From Oculina patagonica (Eukaryota), in NCBI RefSeq assembly GCF_052425735.1, contig NC_135758.1:12772001-12836000 (forward strand): a stretch of DNA of 64,000 bases, in the 5' to 3' direction. The notes under the pieces are model-generated. The model was not told where the DNA came from. It saw only the letters and a list, made by a program, of their open reading frames with translations, and searched no databases. This document shows, in pieces, positions 1 to 11,300 of this stretch. The first letter of the stretch is position 1. Every line of letters begins with the position of its first letter. Both the position numbers and the translations under genes were made by a program.

Positions 1-96
1 CGCGCCAGAGAGCGTAAAAGAGCTGGAATTAAAATGCCGAGACATGGCAAAAAGTGCGTGGTAATGGATTTCACAATTTCAGACTTGAGGGTATAA
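1..96 (+). CDS. 3' end (RARERKRAGIKMPRHGKKCVVMDFTISDLRV*) of an upstream tandem copy of the homeobox gene; truncated by the window start
   Basis: Bases 1-96 are identical to 5608-5703 (offset 5607); stop TAA at 94-96. Confidence 0.85.
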   Translation, partial: RARERKRAGIKMPRHGKKCVVMDFTISDLRV

Positions 97-3000
97 AGTA
101 TGCGGAGAATTTTGCTGGGAAGATCGCAAGAAGTTTCATTGATACGGTGGTACACACTAAGACAATGTCGTGTCCATACCTTTGGAGCTAAGTATCTGGA
201 GAAATCGTTTTAATGCAGCCTTCGTGGCCGCATTTGTAGCACAAATTGCACTTTCATTTTCGTTGTGGTTTGACAACAAGATGTTCTCGCTGTTCAGCTG
301 ACAGTTTTGCAACGCAATCTCTTGAACCTAAGTCTAGTACACTCGTATAGGGGTGAACATTTTAGCCGCTTTACGAGCTCACGATGAACGTTATATAATG
401 TTTTCTTAGCAAACACGTTTAATCGTCCATATAGAGTATATGTAGTGAATTTCGATTAGGTCCTAAAAAGTTGTTTTTGTTACAAATTTACTCGTTAGGA
501 GATTAGAGTGCATTTTAGCATGACCCGTGACGTCACATCTGATTTGCAAAGTCAGACAAATCCCATCGAAACGAGAGAAATGCGATCGTTGATTGTTTTT
601 TCGAGAGCTATTTTAGGGCCACCCATGCTCGTTAACAATTTAAACTCCTATACGTTTGTGTGGAGTTTTTCTTCAAGGACAGCTATCGACTTTAAATGCA
701 ATTAATTCTCCATATTCTTATTTTCCTGACTCGAGGTTTTGCTTGTGTTACGGTCGCCGTCAACAGGCGATATCTCGGTAAGATTATGTGAGAAATGTTT
801 ATTTAAACATAAAAGAAGTATGTAAACCAAGGCGGCAGACAGCAAAATAACCGCAGGATTTCATCTCCTCACAACTATTGTAAATATCCGGATCATGTTC
901 TTGTCTTTGAGGGCTAAGTTGATTATCTTAAGCAGTTTAAGTCACGGTAATTACATGGACCGCCTTTTGTTTGTTATTCTTTCATCAAGCTAGTCTTGAT
1001 AAAATCTTTAAAGACGAGTTAAAAGGTTTATTATCGCTTGCATTGTTATCGAGGGTGGGTTTTTAGATGACTGTGAAGAAGAGTTGAAAAATGGCTGTAA
1101 AAGGATTGTTTCAGTTGAGGTAACTGTCCGGGACGTGTCCCATAACGATTTGATTTGAAAGCTTTGAGCATGTATGAAAGGTGTCACGTTTAGTTCTGGT
1201 TCAAAATAAAACTGTAAACAAGGTTAAATGTTGGTTTAAAGTTCATTTGAGACACCAGAGAAAGCTTTGTGTGATGATAACCTCACCATTTTTTCTTTTT
1301 TCTTTTTTTCAATGGAAACAGTATACGAGAAACCTCATTTGGAAAACAACACGACAAAACACTTGCACACAAAAGAACGTTTTTATTAATATCAATTTCA
1401 ACGTCAAACATTGCTTCGTTTATCAAAACAACGAATTTTATCTATGGTGACAATATCAATTTTAAATTGAAGTGTTATCGCTCTTTTGTGTTACTAGGTG
1501 ATAGCTGACGTAGAAGGAACTGACATGGAGGGTTTGAAGCAACAAATTGAGGCGAACGTAAATGGACCAACAGACGTGGACCAGCCGGATGAGTCGTCAA
1601 TGGATGAAATGTTCCATGACCCGAGATAATTTGGACCTGTTCTTGAAGCAATCAAGGACCGTATTACTACCCGAGAACTGAGTGAGCTTTGGGCATGTTA
1701 ACATAGCTCGGTTATGCGCGAGGCACTTTTCTCCGTGTTAAGACGCCGAGGTTGGTATTTGCTTCGAGCCTTATACCGTGGAGAGTAGGACAATGCGTCC
1801 CTTGTCGTTTAAGAAGTAACTCCTTAGTGGAAGAAGAAATTGAACAGTAGAAAACAGAGAACAATGTTAAATTAATCAAAACATTGATTACTACACATAG
1901 TGTTGTAAAAAAAAGCAGGCTACCTGACTGCAACATTTAGGGAAACGAGGCATTTGTTTTCCCGTCGGCACATTAGGCCAGGCCATTCCCAAGATACCTT
2001 TGGCTGCTGTTTTAAATCGAGTCCTTCTCTAAAACCTTTTAAATGAGCTTAAGTAGATACAAATAAACTCTTTTAAAATAGGGAAAGGCAACTCGGCCGG
2101 AATAGTGTATTATTCGTAACCCATATAATGGCCGAGAGTTTTCGCTCAATTTTTAATCGATAAACGGTCCAAATGCACGAACTTTCTTTATACTAGATAT
2201 ATTAATACAGCGTAACCTAGATCGTACATAAGAATAAACCATTCTAAACGCTTTCTGACTAAAATGTTTTACAAACACGGAGCTTAGATTGCTTGTCATT
2301 CATTCATTTTTTACCCTTTGAATATTGCAGGCTAACAATCTAAAATTCAGTGTATTAAAACTTTTAGTCAGAGAACGTTTTCGTATATTTTTCGCCATGT
2401 TGCTTGATTTTGGCCGTAGTGTTGATGCTAGACTTTTTTTCGCATTTTTTGCCTTGTCATTTTTAAAACATAAATTTTAAGTTATATTAATCAAAATGTG
2501 TTCTTGTTATTAAAAGCAGATCAACATAACTTGTTGTCATTAATTTGCATATTTAACGGCGCCCATGTTGCTGTAAAAACAATCGCTTTCAATTCTTTCT
2601 TGCAACATTTTTTTTTGTTTCTGTACACCAATATGGCCGTCGTGGAAAACACCTATACAAAGTGAAGAAAATAAAAGATTTTTTTCATAACTTTTCATTA
2701 ATTTGGCTACAATTTTATCCTCGCAACGCAATTTCCCAATAAGAGACTTAATTTTGCGTTTTGGCTTTTCCCTAAACAAACACTGTTTTTCGCACCATTT
2801 GCAGACTTTTGTTGAATCGGCCTATAAAAGACTATACCAGCCTGTCTTGTCCTCTTGGTTGCAGCGGGATGCGTGTGGCGTTATGGGTCTGTTGCACTCC
2901 GCGTTTCGCCGCCTAACCATAAAACCCTGCTTCCTGTTTCCCGCCTTTAACCGACGACACCTGACGTCGCCTGGGGACGAGGCGGTTTCTGGCAACCGAA

Positions 3001-3187
3001 AGCACACTTGGGTGTTGTCCTGGTTTAAGAACTAACACTTAGGATTGTCCAACTCTAGGCTAATGTCAAAGGAGCTCATCTCAAGGATCTGAGAATACGC
3101 AAATTGATCTTTATAGTAGCTGTTTCGTCATCATAGCAAGCCAGATGCCCATTGACCTGAAATCTTTAGTCCACGTGTTAACATATA

Positions 3188-3622
3188 CAGTAGACCTCCG
3201 CCTAGTGCCACCTCACTTATACGGTCATCTCGTAATTACGGCCTTTTCTTTATTCCGGCGAAAACGTCCATACATTTTGTTATAACAACCGCCCAATTTC
3301 GTCACCCTGTTTATGCCGCCAGCGGCCGCATTGTGATCCCAACGTGTATGTTCTTTTATAAAGTACCCCGTTCATAAAGCCACTTTAACCAAATGTGCAG
3401 TCCAAAGGAAAGACAAGTGACAAAAAAGGGCCAAGTAAAAGAATAAATAAATATAAAAAATTCTCTCTTCACAATAATAAACCAAGTACAACTGGTTTGT
3501 TCGCCAAAGGACAAAATTTATTCATTGCTTCACTTAAAAGAGCTTAGACATGAAATCTGATTGACCTTCCAAATGTTAATACGGCCACCAACGTTGGCCG
3601 TATTAAGTACGAAGTTTTGCTG
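3188..3622. mobile_element. Degenerate Tc1/mariner-type MITE (TA|CAGTA...CTG|TA)
   Basis: TA-flanked CAGTAGACCT / AAGTTTTGCTG termini and internal repeated 'tacggcc' motifs. Confidence 0.5.
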
Positions 3623-4218
3623 TAGGTCTTTGTTGGTCGTGCTCATTGATGAACATATGAATCAAGAGCCATGTAACCCGTCTATGCCAATGCTGCTTAT
3701 TCACTTCATGTGCTGAGATTCTACATACTTTATGAAGTGTCCACCAGGTTATGGCACTTCTTTCCTTCAAATGGATCATTTACTGGTCATGACACTGCTT
3801 TTTGCTAACTCTATCTGGTGGCACTTTTTGAAGTGTCGTCCAGGTACTGGTACTGATTTCTCGTTTTTAGATGGGTCAAACGCTGCTATCGGCTTACCCT
3901 CGTATCATTCTATGGAGTATCTTCCAGGTTATGGCTTTTCCTGCCCTCAAAGGTAGCCACAGGTTCTTGACCCTGCCTCTTGCCCCGGTCGTTGGTGATT
4001 CCATCTGCTGAGCCTTTTGACGTGTCTTTCAGGAGTTGGCATTCCTTACCTTCAGGTTGGGTCGTCTAGATGGGTTAGTTACTATTCCAGGGGCCTTCTT
4101 CTTGGCGATGACATCTGCTCGGTGAACCTCGTGACATAAGAGTGTCTTTCAGGTTATGGCATTTCTCACCTTTAAATTGGTCAAACTCTGTGATAAATGT
4201 CTCTTACAAACAACCCAC

Positions 4219-4263
<45 letters not shown>

Positions 4264-4528
4264 AATGTGGATGATGATGACTTTGCTGTGGCATTTCCAC
4301 AGAGTGTTCTTCGTTCACTGTTACCTGATTGAATTGGAATTTAGAAGTGTTGTTTTTTTGTAGGGAGGGGGGGGGGGGGGGGTTGAAAACGGAAAACCCG
4401 GAGAAAAACTCTCGGAGTAAGGACGAAAACCAACAACCAACTCATTCCACAAATGACACCGGCTCCGGGAGTCGAACCTAGGTCACATTGGTGGGAGGCA
4501 AGCGCTCTCACCACTGCGCCACCCCTTG
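4219..4528 (-). mobile_element. tRNA-derived SINE with (CAT)n microsatellite tail
   Basis: The minus strand begins GGGGTGGCGCAGTGGTGAGAGCG (A box) ... GGTTCGACTCC (B box) and ends in the (GAT)n run at 4219-4280. Confidence 0.8.
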
Positions 4529-5178
4529 CTAAAATCGTGTTTTCGTGTTAGCTTCAAATTCAAACATTTTTATTTATCAAGGCCCCTTAGCATGGCATTA
4601 GTTTAGTGACTCGTTTAAGAAACCAAATAAACTCCAAAGGGGAACCGGGGAATATGTAAAACCGTTGGAAATTAAAATGCTTGCCGATGGTCATTGATGC
4701 AAACCGTCTTGGTACGTCTAGGATATGAACGGAATGCCTGCAAAGCGGGAATCTGTTACCATTTTAAAATTTACGAAAAGCATCCCAGGGCAGATAAAGG
4801 ATCCTTTGCTTGCTAGTTCCAAAGCTTAACTTATTATGGGTTAATTAGTTTTCTCTGGCTTCGTTTCCTCTGTCGTGGCGGTAGGAAAAGCCAGTGAAGT
4901 ATTTAGAAGTGCAGACGAGGATTGGCATCGCGTTCGTTTCTCTTGAAGTTGACCCCGGCCATTAAATCCGTACAAAATACCATTGATGAGCACGTTATCT
5001 GTAAATCATTAGCTTTTCAATGCGCTTGTGATATGATTGGAACTTGCTATATTGCAGCTGGGACTTGACAGCCCTCCTGGATCGTCGCTATCAAATACAT
5101 GATAACAACGACATGTGTAAATAAGCCCGGCTAATTGCTTTACAAAGTCTTGCACGCTAGCTACGTTCCACAACCATC

Positions 5179-5703
5179 ATGGCACAAAATGGTCTCGCCC
5201 AAATCGGATTTGGCGGTCTTGCAGAGCATGGAAACAGATTATCTGCATTTAAACCCGTCATTTCAAGAAAACCAAGAAAACAGGCATGCCCCCGATTTTT
5301 ACCTGAATACAATATCCAGGACAATCCTCTTGCCGCCTTAGAGGATTTTGTGACCAATTACTTCAGTGAAGAGTCATCTTTAGAGCTAGATCGAGTACCC
5401 TTGAAGAAGCACCGATCATTTAATCGTAAGCCTCTACCAGAAACAATATCGAAATCGACCAAAAAGAGTGTTTTTTCGGAGGTGCAAGTTCAGACGCTAG
5501 AGGACAGTTTCCAGTTTAAACAACATTTGTCACCCAATTCTAGAGAGTGGCTGGCGAAACTTATTGGCTTATCAAAGCGTCAGGTGATCACATGGTTCCA
5601 AAATCGACGCGCCAGAGAGCGTAAAAGAGCTGGAATTAAAATGCCGAGACATGGCAAAAAGTGCGTGGTAATGGATTTCACAATTTCAGACTTGAGGGTA
5701 TAA
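5179..5703 (+). CDS. Intronless ANTP/NK-class homeobox protein, Lbx (ladybird)-like, 174 aa
   Basis: Homeodomain at aa 92-151 with F8, LSPxxRxxLA and QVITWFQNRRA (Q50). The upstream NPLAALEDFVTNYF resembles the Lbx-family SPLCALEELASKTF motif. Single ORF from ATG to TAA. Confidence 0.88.
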   Translation: MAQNGLAQIGFGGLAEHGNRLSAFKPVISRKPRKQACPRFLPEYNIQDNPLAALEDFVTNYFSEESSLELDRVPLKKHRSFNRKPLPETISKSTKKSVFSEVQVQTLEDSFQFKQHLSPNSREWLAKLIGLSKRQVITWFQNRRARERKRAGIKMPRHGKKCVVMDFTISDLRV

Positions 5704-7548
5704 AGTATGCGAAGAATTTTGCTGGGAAGATCGCAAGAAGTTTCATTGATACGGTGGTACACACTAAGACAATGTCGTGTCCATACCTTTGGAGCTAAGT
5801 ATCTGGAGAAATCGTTTTAATGCAGCCTTCGTGGCCGCATTTGTAGCACAAATTGCACTTTCATTTTCGTTGTGGTTTGACAACAAGATGTTCTCGCTGT
5901 TCAGCTGACAGTTTTGCAACGCAATCTCTTGAACCTAAGTCTAGTACACTCGTATAGGGGTAAACATTTTAGCCGCTTTACGAGCTCACGATGAACGTTA
6001 TATAATGTTTTCTTAGCAAACACGTTTAATCGTCCATATAGAGTATATGTAGTGAATTTCGATTAGGTCCTAAAAAGTTGTTTTTGTTACAAATTTACTC
6101 GTTAGGAGATTAGAGTGCATTTTAGCATGACCCGTGACGTCACATCTGATTTGCAAAGTCAGACAAATCCCATCGAAACGAGAGAAATGCGATCGTTGAT
6201 TGTTTTTTCGAGAGCTATTTTAGGGCCACCCATGCTCGTTAACAATTTAAACTCCTATACGTTTGTGTGGAGTTTTTTCTTCATGGACAGCTATCGACTT
6301 TAAATGCAATTAATTCTCCATATTCTTATTTTCCTGACTCGAGGTTTTGCTTGTGTTACGGTCGCCGTCAACAGGCGATATCTCGGTAAGATTATGTGAG
6401 AAATGTTTATTTAAACATAAAAGAAGTATGTAAACCAAGGCGGCAGACAGCAAAATAACCGCAGGATTTCATCTCCTCACAACTATTGTAAATATCCGGA
6501 TCATGTTCTTGTCTTTGAGGGCTAAGTTGATTATCTTAAGCAGTTTAAGTCACGGTAATTACATGGACCGCCTTTTGTTTGTTATTCTTTCATCAAGCTA
6601 GTCTTGATAAAATCTTTAAAGACGAGTTAAAAGGTTTATTATCGCTTGCATTGTTATCGAGGGTGGGTTTTTAGTTGACTGTGAAGAAGAGTTGAAAAAT
6701 GGCTGTAAAAGGATTGTTTCAGTTGAGGTAACTGTCCGGGACGTGTCCCATAACGATTTGATTTGAAAGCTTTGAGCATGTATGAAAGGTGTCACGTTTA
6801 GTTCTGGTTCAAAATAAAACTGTAAACAAGGCTTTAAATGTTGGTTTAAAGTTCATTTGAGACACCAGAGAAAGCTTTGTGTGATGATAACCTCACCATT
6901 TTTTCTTTTTTCTTTTTTTCAATGGAAACAGTATACGAGAAACCTCATTTGGAACAACAACACGACAAAACACTTGCACACAAAAGAACGTTTTTATTAA
7001 TATCAATTTCAACGTCAAACATTGCTTTGTTTATCAAAAACAGAGAACAGTCCTACCCTCGCCTACAAATCAATCCTTTACCACCCTGGGTCAGACGCGT
7101 CCCAGGCGTCACTTTTTGGTGTACATGAAATGCAGTTGTACCTGAAGACGAGACAGACCCCGGGTAGACCCAGGGTACAACAGCAAAATCAGTGATAATT
7201 TTTTTAATCAGAAAATGCGATGACAACATCCTTTTTAGGCAACGCGCACTGATCATACGCTCGTTGGGTGCAAATGAGACATGACTGTATTACAAGCGGA
7301 GTTTTCATAAGAAAAAATGTTGACAACAATTGTTACATCCGTCAACAGATGTGTCAGCTGTTTTACGTGAAATGTCTTGCAACTATAAATAGATGTCATT
7401 GGACAGGCATGAGGTCTTTTTCCGAATAACAGAACAGAAACAGAATGGAAGAATATGGACGACCAAGACAAAGGCGATGTCCTAGACTATGACCAAGTAA
7501 TCCCTTACTTTCCTCATTGTCAGTCTAGTTGGCGAGTATGCCACCGCG

Positions 7549-7859
7549 CCATTCTCGTCCCCAGATTCGTTTGTCCCTGTTAGCCGGCAGAACCTGGGGC
7601 GCGAGAAAAAGGTGGCTCTGATTTGATTTGATTGGCTACATCTTCAACAATGGAAATTTTAAATCAAGTTAATCAAATCAACCGTTTTGAAATCCCTTTG
7701 TTGTAGCGGAATTTAAAACGGTTGATTTGATTGGCTAGATTTAAATTTTCCTTTGTTAAATATCTAACCAATCACATCGTGTGTCCCCAAAGCCACTTGT
7801 TCCTCGTGCCCCAGGTTCTGCCGGCTGAGAGGGACAAGCGGCTTTGGGGACGAAAATGG
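7549..7859. mobile_element. Palindromic MITE with long terminal inverted repeats
   Basis: CCATTCTCGTCCCCA..AGCCGGCAGAACCTGGGGC vs GCCCCAGGTTCTGCCGGCT..TGGGGACGAAAATGG; nearly the whole element is self-complementary. Confidence 0.75.
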
Positions 7860-8346
7860 TGACCGCCGAAAATAAACTCATAAACGACTCATAAATGTAC
7901 CAAAAGGAGACCACCGTATACTGACCGAACAAGCTGGGACTCGTACAACTTTGTTATGATAAAGACACATCCACATTCTCGGGAAACGCGCGGGACAACA
8001 CTTTCACACTCGAGCACTTTAAAACCACTTTCTCCGGAACGACAATGCAGAACCAAGATTACTTCCTAGTCAAGAGAAAATTGTTTTCCTTTGGAAATCG
8101 GTAAAGTTATTTCAAGGTTAGTTTTTCTTAGAGGTTCTTGTTGCAAAACTCAGACTTGTTTGGGCACCAATTGAAATTATCCTTTAACCACGTATTTATT
8201 TTGCCGGTATAATATGGAACTGAACAACTGGCCAGGAGTTAGCTGGTCAAGTATCTGAATCTTTATGGCCATATCTGGCTGTTAGCCATGGTGTTTTGCC
8301 CTCGCGAGGTTGTTCATGGTCCATTGGTAATTCTGTTTGTTGCTGG

Positions 8347-11300
8347 TCATTTTAAAATAAAATTTCCTCTTGGAGCCTTGAGAATTACATATAAACCGTT
8401 ACTCAAGATCGCGAACACCACGATCCACATAAAGAATTTATTGATAACTCGTGAGGCGAATCTCCATTCCTCACGAAGAATTTCCGCCTTGTCTTCTTCA
8501 TGAAATTTGTTACTCAGTAGATAGTCGTTCTCTGTATCGCTGGAGTGATCCTCCACGCTTTGGCCTTGAATAAGTTCCGTGGTTGGCACTTGAGAAGGCA
8601 GTGACAGGGCTGGCAGCCAATTTACAACAGCGCCTTTGGCAACCATCTCGTTTGACGAGGATTTTTCCTTCCTTTCCATTTGTTTGCGCTTTTCTTTGAT
8701 TGCGATCCATTCTTGCTGCATTCGCACCATTTTTGCTCCCCACTCGCACAACACAGTTCTCAGCCAGCGAGGCAGGGGATGCGCAGAGTGATGATACAAA
8801 GTGAGGACAATGCAAGAAAAAACCAGCGACATGAAAATGTTCAACATGGTGAGCCCGTAGTAGACCACGATCAGCGGTACTTCTGATGTTGGTGGAAGGG
8901 AATCGGATAGAATCAACTGTATGATGCTCAAAGACAACAGGACTGTTATACCAACACCCATCCGCTCCCCTGTTTCAGAAGGCAGGTAGAACGACAGGAT
9001 TGTCAAAGCCATCATAATGAGACAGGGCATGAAACAGTTCAGTACATAATACAATGATCTTCGCTTGATGTGAATGTCGTATGTCAGGTACACATACGGA
9101 TGAGGACAGCAGCGAAATTTAGTCACGTGTCTTTCCGAGGGCATGCTCTGTAGCGTCCATTCACCGTTTCCTATAAATGAGCTGATGTCACCATCCCCCG
9201 CAGTGAAGAGATTCATTTCATAAATGTTGTACGACCAGGAACCCAGTTTGAGCTGGCAAACCTAGCAAACAAGATCAAAAAAACGATCAATGGAGCTTGG
9301 TCACCCCACCCTACCTATCCTACACACTTTTGTCACGTTTAGACGATTATGTCATCCTGTGCTGGGCGTATTCCGGTTATAGCCCCCCCCCCGTTTTTTT
9401 TTTTTTTTCCTAGCTGTCTTAGGTGATTCTGTCACGCGAGGTCAGGCTATTTTGGAGGATCGTGTCATGTATAACTTGTCTTAAAACTAGAAGAACCCTA
9501 GCCTAAGAAAGAAATCATTTTATTGCACCTAGTTTTTCCTTGCTCAAGATACTTCAAAAATTTAACCCAAAAATATGTATACTGATGTCATACTTTGTAG
9601 CATGCAAAAGCGTCTCTGATTGGTTCTTGGTCTCGCTCCCGGGTTTGAAGGGCCGAGAACTTGCATTTACAGTTTGCAAGTTGTAGTTCATGAATTATTG
9701 GAAAGGATGTTACGAAAAGCCGCGTAGAAATGTTTCTTGCGCGTGCACTTACGCCAGTGGCCCTCCAGTATCTGCGATCCTTTTTTTTTTGCTGATCAAA
9801 ATATCGCGGTCTCTGGGGACAAGAATGTCTTCCTCTGTAACTTTTAGGACTTTAAGGAACCTATAAAAAATTGAGCGGTGTGGAATTCCTTGATTGCTTG
9901 ACGACAAAAACAAATGTCGTCCGTTGATGTTTGTAAACTGGTAAATTTCCTGTCTTTTGTATTCTAAGAAAAATTTATTTAAACTCTCGTCCAAAATTGT
10001 TACCTGGTCATCGAAGGGAAAATTCCTGACGTCCAGCTTACATGAGGATTTGTAAATAGTTGGAAAGTATCTTGATATGCTTCCATCTGAAGATATAGTC
10101 AGGCTGTGATATGATTCCTTGTCGATGTTATAATCATCTTTAGCACTGAAAGGAGAATCAAATCATTTCTGTTGCAGTCGATTTTAAATATTTGAAACTC
10201 TTAATCTCAAAACGCCCAAAATACACTCTTAAACTACCACAAATCACAATCCTATAAGCCACTAGCGGCCTGGGCCCGTCTGATAATAGCATGAATTGTA
10301 CGTAGTACTTTTTGCAACTAATACCGGCTCGAAATATTTTAAAGATTCTGAAATATTACTCGCGGTATTATTTCCAAATGCTACTGCAACTCATACTATT
10401 ACTTATAACCAAACATAACCCATACATTGTAGCTTTTGAGTACTTTAAAATTGTATTTGAATGAAAAACGTACTTGTTATAGAGTGTGAGGTCAGGAAGC
10501 CACAGATAACTAGCTTGAGTGACAATGAAATCCACGTCATCATATTGAGAGGAATTCCATTTGAGTCTGTGGTCATTCCAATACTAATGATGAAAAGAAA
10601 AGTTGTGTCCAAATTTTTAAGTTCCCAAACGTTTTCTAGATTCTGAAAGAGGCTAAGCAAGGATAAATGGAAGATTGTTTTACTGAGAGACTAGGCGTTA
10701 CAAATAAGTCCGTTTAAGTTTTTTGCTTAGCCGGGCGGGATAGAGAGGGAAGGGTTTTTTTTGTTTTTGTTTTTGTTTTTTTTTTTTTTTTTTTTTTTTT
10801 TGGGGGGGGGGGGGTCATCGTTGTATTATGCAGGGGGCAGTCATCAGCTTATCATAAGCTTCTCACGTGGTACAAATTATCTGAAGGATTTCAGTTAAAT
10901 ACGGAATACCTTTCTTTCGCCCTTTTCTTTCCTTATGAAAGCTGTACAAAGTTGATACTCTGGCTACAGTGGGCAAAATATGATGGGTAAGGGATTGTTT
11001 ATCATTGACAAAGGTGGTGTATTTGATTCTAGGTCGACCGAAGTTTTTTAAAGATTAAGGGCCTGATACAGAGCCGGGCGGCCCCGCAAAAAAATCAATT
11101 TTGCGATTACATGACAACCAGGCCGGCCCGGTTAGCCAAGATCCCGGTATCGCGATGCCGGGATCCCGGCAGCGGGATAAAATTTTTCAAGTTATCGCGT
11201 TCACCGGGCCAGCATTAAATTTCTCTTTAAAGCAGACTGCCTACCACAAAAATCAATATTCTCCTTTCCAAATATGATGTGGAGGCAGAACAACTCGTGT

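Larger units (their letters stand above)
1..7040 (+). repeat. Tandem segmental duplication, period 5607 bp: 1..~1428 matches 5608..~7040
   Basis: Direct comparison shows only about 8 small substitutions/indels over 1.43 kb. Homology ends after 'tttatcaaaa' (1428 vs ~7040). Duplicated ORFs 508 and 6115 in the ORF track. Confidence 0.95.

Noticed and set aside
4142-4363. ORF with a poly-Met run
   Set aside because: It is the translation of the (GAT)n tail of an antisense SINE.
4440-4528. tRNA-like sequences (also ~60525-60600 and 61583-61655)
   Set aside because: They have A/B boxes but no complete cloverleaf and continue into SINE bodies; they are SINE heads, not tRNA genes.
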